NCBI GenBank assembly: GCA_013239625.1
Contig: MU053376.1
Location: 1,078,833-1,142,832, forward strand
DNA length: 64,000 nucleotides
Reading direction: 5' to 3'
From: Lama guanicoe
Taxonomy: Eukaryota
The notes below the pieces were generated by a model. It saw only the letters and a program-made list of their open reading frames with translations. It did not search any database and had not been told where the DNA came from. Every line of letters starts with the position of its first letter. Within the stretch, counting starts at the first letter, position 1. Of the stretch, positions 58,128 through 64,000 are shown piece after piece. The translations under genes were made by a program, and so were the position numbers.

Positions 58128-59852
58128 CTGCAGGATTGGGTCACACGTGGGCAGGGGTCACACCAAGGCCTGGCTTGTTCTGTAGCTCCCAGCTGGCCCC
58201 TCTCTAGACCGGGGAAAACCCAGGCCCCAGCAGGAGGGAAGGGTGCCCATGACCCCTACCCAACACTGGGCACCGCCGACATAGCTCAGGCCCTGGAAGA
58301 GGGGGCCCTGTGGAGGCTGCACCAATGAGGAGTGCCCAGGCAGAGGTGTGTCGGGGCGCCAGGTCCTCGCTGTTTCCCAGGCACCTTTGTTCACACTGTT
58401 CGCCTTTGTCCATCACTCCAGGGATGCTGTCTCCTGCCTGCACACATCCTCCTGACCCAGCAAGCCCACCTGCCAGCCCACTTCCTCCAGGAAGCCTTCC
58501 ATTGCCCTGAGATTTCCTTCTCCCATGAACCCCTACAATTTCCAGTGGCTCACAGTTGCCCCAGCTTGTCCACCCCATCTCCTCTTACTGCCACGTTCCC
58601 TGTGCTGACCTCCGGCCCCCACCCCATCTGCAGCTCCTAGCGCAGGTGTGACCCATGGGTGGGATGGCCACTGACTGACTGAAGGAAGGGTCTACCAGTT
58701 GGAGGGGGAGAGTCGGCCTCTGGTGCCAGTGCCGGGGTGCTCAGAAGCATGCTGCCCACTGCTTGGGCTTGGGCTGCCCTTCCCAGCAAAGGGGCTCATC
58801 TCTCTGCCCACACCTGGGCAGGAACGTGGTGGACGGGGGTCAGCCCAGTATAGCTGAGAAGCCATAGTGAAGGCAGAACAAAGACGACAGCCATGGTTAT
58901 TTATAGCCCAGTAGATGGATTCTTCTTATGGGACTTTCTGAGCTACCTTATACTGAGGGCTTGAGAGGCTCCAAGCCCATCTTCTCGCTCCTTAGAGAGA
59001 CTCTTCCCCAGCTATTCTTAAACCGAGGCTGAGGCCACTGCCCTTCTGCTCCCCACCTCTTCATCCCCAGCAGAGGGCCATGTGTGCCCAGGGTGGGGCT
59101 GTTGATGAACTCTGGCTCCTTCATTTATGGTTTTATTGGTCTCTTATCAAGCAGTTACCAGTTGAAGCCCGTAATGAGGCAGGTGATTGGTACAGATGGG
59201 AAAGTTCGTGTCCACCCAGGTTATGTGGGCTTATGGGCTCTGGTTTCCCTCCCCCGGTCAACATCAAAGCAAGCCCCACCTGCTCCGGGAATTGGTTAGG
59301 GGCATGAACTCAGTGCCAGGGCACCTCAGGGCATAGGTCAGGAGCCACTTGCAAAGGGACTATGACCTGGGTTCAGAAGGATTCTGAGGAGGGGTCTGAG
59401 TGCAGAGTCCGAGCCCTCCCAGGTACCTGCAGGGGCCAGCCCTTGCCACCTCCCCCTGCCAGCCCTGAGACCTGGGTTTACCACATCAACGTGAACTTCT
59501 CAGACCTAAGTTTAACTAATTAGGCATGAGAATTCAGCAGCTGCAGAAAGCAGGAAGCTGGCGGGGCAGTGCTTGCTGTGGTGAAAGGTGCCAAAGGACT
59601 ACCTAACTGCGGCTGCGTGTGAGCAGGTGTGTTTGTGCAGGCACACAGGTGGGGCGGACTCAGGCTGTGACTTCTGCTTGCCAGTCCCAAGGTTACGAGC
59701 AGAAGCCAACCCTAGACCTAGACTCCGGTCAGCCTGGTAACATCAAGAGTTTTAGTCAGGGAGTCAGAGGAGTTTGGTTCCAACTCAGGCTCAGCCACTC
59801 ACCAGCCATGGGACCTTGTGCAAGTCATTCCTTATCGTGAGGCCTCAGTTTT

Positions 59853-60018
59853 CTTTTCTTTTTCATACATATATATTTTAGAGGCTTCTGTCTTGTTTAT
59901 TCTTCTCATCCGGGGGGGGGGGATAGGCTTATTTACCTATCTATTTATTTATTTTATGGAGGTACTAGGGATTGAACCCAGGACCTTGTACATGCTAAGC
60001 ATGAACTCTACACCCTTC
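59853..60018 (-). mobile_element. tRNA-Ala-derived SINE, copy 7 (A-box deleted; inserted in MIR, NUAK2 intron 4)
   Basis: GGAGGTACTAGGGATTGAACCCAGGACC core; TSD cctcagtttt at 59843-52 and 60019-28. Confidence 0.8.
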
Positions 60019-60213
60019 CCTCAGTTTTTAATCCACAGAATAAGGTGCTGGAATGGATGATGGTGGAGGTCCCTACCAGTACCAATATGTAAGTCTGAGC
60101 TTTGCTCAGCTCCTTCTAGAACCCCCTAGGGGCTTCAAGATGCCTGGCTAGGGGCAGTGCAGACAGGCTGGGGAGGGGTGGGGCAGTGGCTTTAAACAAG
60201 AGGTGGGGCTCAC

Positions 60214-60279
60214 CTTGATATTTCCACTGGCATCTAAGAGGATGTTCTCCAGCTTGAGATCTCGGTGGACAATCCCGTT
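60214..60279 (-). CDS. NUAK2: NUAK2 coding exon 4 (66 nt; catalytic loop)
   Basis: [22 protein letters not shown]; acceptor ctctttcag|, donor AAG|GTGAGC. Confidence 0.95.
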
Positions 60280-60632
60280 CTGAAAGAGGGAGGGAGGAGA
60301 GTCAAGAAGGTCACCAGGGAGGGGACGACACAAGGGCATGGTCTGAACAGTGAGGTAAACACAAAGGGGGCCGAGTAGGGGTGAGCACAGGTAGGTGGGA
60401 ATGCCCATCTTTACTGGCACTTAGCACAAAACATCGTGGGCCCTTCCATCCTGGGCCAAGAGACTCAAAGCCAGAGACACCAACATTCCCTAGTCTGAGT
60501 CCAGAATTGAGTCTTGCTTCTGCTTCTGTCTTCCTGTGTGATCCTGGACAGGTCATGGAATCTGGTGCAAACTGGCTCCCGAGCCCCAGGGACCAGCCCC
60601 TCAGAACAGGGCTGGGGCAGGTGGCTGCTCAC

Positions 60633-60784
60633 CTGGTGGCAGTAGTGCACAGCGGAGACGATCTGCCGGAAGAAATGCCGGGCATCGCGCTCACTGAGCC
60701 GCTGCCGCTCGCTGATGTGGTCGTACAGGTCACCCCGGCTGGCGTACTCCATGACAATCACGATCTTGCTGCTATTCTCAAACA
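60633..60784 (-). CDS. NUAK2: NUAK2 coding exon 3 (152 nt)
   Basis: (V)[50 protein letters not shown]; acceptor ccccag|, donor CAG|GTGAGC. Confidence 0.95.
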
Positions 60785-61049
60785 CTGGGGCAGAGCAGGG
60801 CAGGAATGTCAGGCCCCACCAGAGCCCACTGCTCCCCACTGGGGGCCGCATAGTCCTCCCTGGCTGCAAACCAGACAGGACCTTCCTCTAGAGACATTTG
60901 CTAATGGGGCAGGAGGGTGGCTTTTGATGCTCTTGACACTTTCCAGTTAAGGCCAAGGCCCACCCTCCCTCTCCTTGGAAGTTCAGGCTTTTGAGGATTC
61001 TTAAAACTACCCAGCAAATTCTGAGACATCACTGAATGAGTATGAAAAG

Positions 61050-61345
61050 TCAGGTTCTCTGGTTCAGAATCCAGCACTTTTTTACCCCGTGACCTTGGGC
61101 AAATCTCTTCTAGGTACATCAGTAAGAACGTAGGTTTAGGGTTTGAATCCTGGTCCCATCACTTACTAGCTGGGAAACTGTGGCAAGTTATTCAACCAGT
61201 GTGCCTGAGTTCCTCACTTGAAAAGGGATGATAATAGCGACCTCACAGGGCTGGGGTGAGAAACAGATGAAAGTAAGTGATAGACAGCTCTCGGGCTGGC
61301 TGAGCAAGCTGCTGCAAGCAAGCCCTTAATAGATGGTATCTACTA
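61050..61345 (+). mobile_element. MIR SINE fragments (NUAK2 intron 2)
   Basis: gtgaccttgggcaaatc; gggtttgaatcctgg...cacttactagctg...ggcaagttattcaacc...gataatagc. Confidence 0.6.
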
Positions 61346-62285
61346 TTACATTTATATCAGCATCCTCATGCATAAATTTGAAGAATCATGTCCTTAGTAA
61401 TGCCTGCCTTGAGGATTAGAAGAGGAAAACAAGTGTATGAAAGTGGTTTGTAAACTGCAAAGTACCATGCAGAGCTGAAATAGTCATCACTTTTAACATC
61501 TCTGACTTCCCATCCAGAGTATTCAAGCCAGGGCCTTGTACACAGAAACACTCTAACTATTCGGTGATTAATTGATCGGCTGGGGTCCTGGCAGTCAGCC
61601 TACTCCAGCTGGCTCATCTCCATGTGTGGGAGGGGCCCTCTTGCCACCCAAGGCCTTGTCTTGCCTCCTGGAAAAGTAGGCAATGGCTGGTTCCCCAAAC
61701 TGGCCCTTCTGCTGGGTATGTGTCAAAACATGTATGTTGGTGACATGGCATCTTTGTGTCAGACGGGTCTTATGAGTTTGGCTTGCTCAGCCAGCCCCAG
61801 CGTGATTGCTGTCTAGCTTGTGAGGGGGAACAGAGGGCGCAGGCTTCTTCCAAGCAGGGGACCAGCTCCGGGTCAAATGGATCCATGACCAGGAAGACTG
61901 CGCTTTCCCCCCCGGGAGCATCATGGCCCGGCCTGCTGGGGGTGCCCAGCTGAGGCTCCACCCCTGTGGTTCCCCACATCTCTGCAGGCTGTGTGCAAAC
62001 TTTGTGCCCTGAAATTGGGGGTCAGGAGCCAGCCAGGGCCCATTCTGGAGAGCAGCTAGGTTAGTGGTCAGTCCCAGGACCAGAACCTTGTCCCAGCCTA
62101 AAACTCCTGAAGGCTGTGGCAGAAGGGGATGGATCTGGGGGAGCCCTGCTAGATACACTGTTAAGCTGTGACATCCCAATATGTGCTGCATCTGAAGATG
62201 TAGTAAGTAGAAGCCACATCCTAAGCTTCAAAGCTCAGTTCCTAGACCTAGCTGGAGATAGAGGTGTCAGGGGGAATTCACATGT

Positions 62286-62324
62286 ACACACACACAGAGA
62301 GACACACACAGACACACACACACA
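62286..62324. repeat. Interrupted (CA)n microsatellite
   Basis: acacacacacagagagacacacacagacacacacacac. Confidence 0.8.
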
Positions 62325-63049
62325 CGGAGCCCAATCACCAAGCTCAGCCTGGCTTAACCAATACCTCTGTCATCTGCCCACTCTTCCCTGGGGGAAATAC
62401 ACAGAGAGACAATTCGTCTTCAGAGCCACTTGCCTGGGCTCCCCATGGGACCAGCTCAGGTCATGGGGCCATGTCAGTGGCTCTGCCCCGAGTCGTCCTA
62501 TAAGCATAACTTGAAAGAGGAGACCACTCTTTCTTCCCACCAGGAATAGCAGACCCAGGACAAAGCCACAGGCTCCCTTCCCTCCATCCTGCTGCTACTG
62601 CCTTTCCTTGTTTCCTGTCTAACTGATATTATGTAACGGCTGGAAGCAGACAGGTGTGTGTGGGAGGCTGCTCCCCCTCTTTGCCACATCACCCTCTCTG
62701 GCTTACTTTGTTGTCTGGGTCGCAGGGAACAGGGCAGCTGGAGAGGAAAGCCAGCACTGATGTCAGACCAAGAGGAGGCTGAAAGAGACGAGGTGGGAGC
62801 CAGCCCCATGGGGGAATGATTCAGAGGACAGGAGGTCTGGCTCTTGGGATGCATGAAGGAAAACAGTACCCACGCACCGGGGACAGGTGCAGGTCTCTGT
62901 ATGTTTCAGCCTCCCCCGGATTGCTAAGGATCTCATTGGTTTGGGGAGGCAGTGTTCAAGTCTGGAAAACCTAACAACAAAAATGCCAACAGTCTGCGGA
63001 ATTCCTCGCACGCGCCGAGCACTTGGTGACTTGTACTTTGATCTCTGCA

Positions 63050-63170
63050 CCAACCTTGTGACGTAGGTGGGGTTATCCCGTTTTACAAATGAGGAACTGA
63101 GGCCCAGAGGTTAAAGCAGTTGCCCAAAGTCATACAGCTGGGTTTCAAATCCAACTTTTGCTCTTAAGCC
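63050..63170 (-). mobile_element. MIR SINE
   Basis: cccgttttacaaatgaggaactgaggcccagaggttaaagcagttgcccaaagtcatacagct. Confidence 0.7.
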
Positions 63171-63220
63171 TGTGTGTTTTTTACTTCCTTGTGTCATCTG
63201 TTCTGACTGCTCCTACGCAA

Positions 63221-63242
63221 ACACACACACACACACACACAC
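63221..63242. repeat. (CA)~10 microsatellite, (TG)n on the NUAK2 strand ~30 nt into intron 2
   Basis: aacacacacacacacacacacac. Confidence 0.85.
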
Positions 63243-63271
63243 TCCCAGGTTCAAATACTCTGCCCCTGTAC

Positions 63272-63392
63272 CTTCATGGATGGCAATGATGTGGGGGTGA
63301 TTGAGTGACGACATGATCTCAATCTCTCGCCGAATGTGCATCAGATCTTGCTCATCTTTGATTTTGTCTTTCCGGATTGACTTGATGGCCAC
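63272..63392 (-). CDS. NUAK2: NUAK family SNF1-like kinase 2, coding exon 2 (121 nt)
   Basis: [40 protein letters not shown] (VAIK lysine, helix-C Glu); acceptor cccag|GTG, donor GAAG|GTACAG, phase 1. Confidence 0.95.
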
Positions 63393-64000
63393 CTGGGAAC
63401 AGAGAATGCAAGAGAGTGAAGAGAAAGGTCTGGTAGGTAAAGGCGTCCCCAAGGACACTCTGAGAGCCCTGATCCTGGTGATGTGCCTACAGCTGCTACA
63501 AAGGCCACAGGGCGCACCCAGAGAAGCCTCTCCATCCTTCAGTGGGGCAGGTGGCAGAGAGGCTGGAGAACACCTTCTCTAGAGAAGGCTCTCACTAGGT
63601 TAGGTGCAGTTTATGTAGCAGGAAGGAGAATGGATCAATGACCTTATTCAGAGTCCACAGATGCAGAAGGTAGGTAACAACCTGCATTTGTAAGGCCAAT
63701 GCTTTATGATTGCAGATTTACCACATTCCACTACAAGGAAAGGACTGGGCGTGTTCTGCTCACCACTGGATAGCGAGCATAGTGCCTGGCACACAGTAGG
63801 GGCTGAACAACCATTACTGCAGCAGTCAGTGAACCAGCCCTCACAACAACCCTGGGAGGTTGGCACAGAAAGCATCATTACCCCATTTCCAGGTGAGGAA
63901 GCTGGTTCCTAAGGAAGGTAAATGACCTGCTCAGTCACGCAGTCACTAACGGGCAGAGGGGGTGGCACTATTGACCATCTGATCCTGCCTCTGGTACTTT

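Noticed and set aside
63723..63730. Single perfect TEAD site ACATTCCA in NUAK2 intron 1
   Set aside because: An isolated 8-mer among MIR/L2 fragments; not distinguishable from chance without conservation or ChIP data.

Overview
Mammalian, intron-rich DNA holding two convergent (tail-to-tail) protein-coding genes. On the + strand is the complete TMCC2 coding sequence: 5 coding exons (721-927, 11691-12221, 30377-31317, 32536-32671, 32927-33238; 708 aa; all GT-AG, phases consistent), with a CpG-island promoter broken by a 103-nt N gap and a poly(A) signal at 34238. On the - strand are NUAK2 coding exons 2-7 (63392 down to 55572; exon 1 lies beyond the window) with a poly(A) signal at 54355-54360. 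The rest is intron or ~20 kb of intergenic DNA with old repeats (MIR, L2, L3/CR1, L1M, MLT/MER21 LTRs, hAT MITEs) and seven copies of a tRNA-Ala-derived SINE that suggests a camelid genome. I see no convincing evidence of a wholly new biological system, and most of the supplied ORF track is GC-rich noise. The most interesting unexplained structure is regulatory. (1) A chain of uORFs joined by ATGA/TAATG stop-start overlaps sits in the TMCC2 leader. (2) Several candidate alternative first exons in TMCC2 intron 2 all splice in phase 0 to exon 3, one behind an erythroid-type GATA/TAL1/KLF/TATA promoter. (3) An intronic CATCTG-N8-AGATAA composite lies beside a perfect CRE. (4) A tandem TEAD double site in a CpG-rich patch lies just past the NUAK2 3' end. 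All family assignments and comparisons to human are by eye and from memory; no searches were run.
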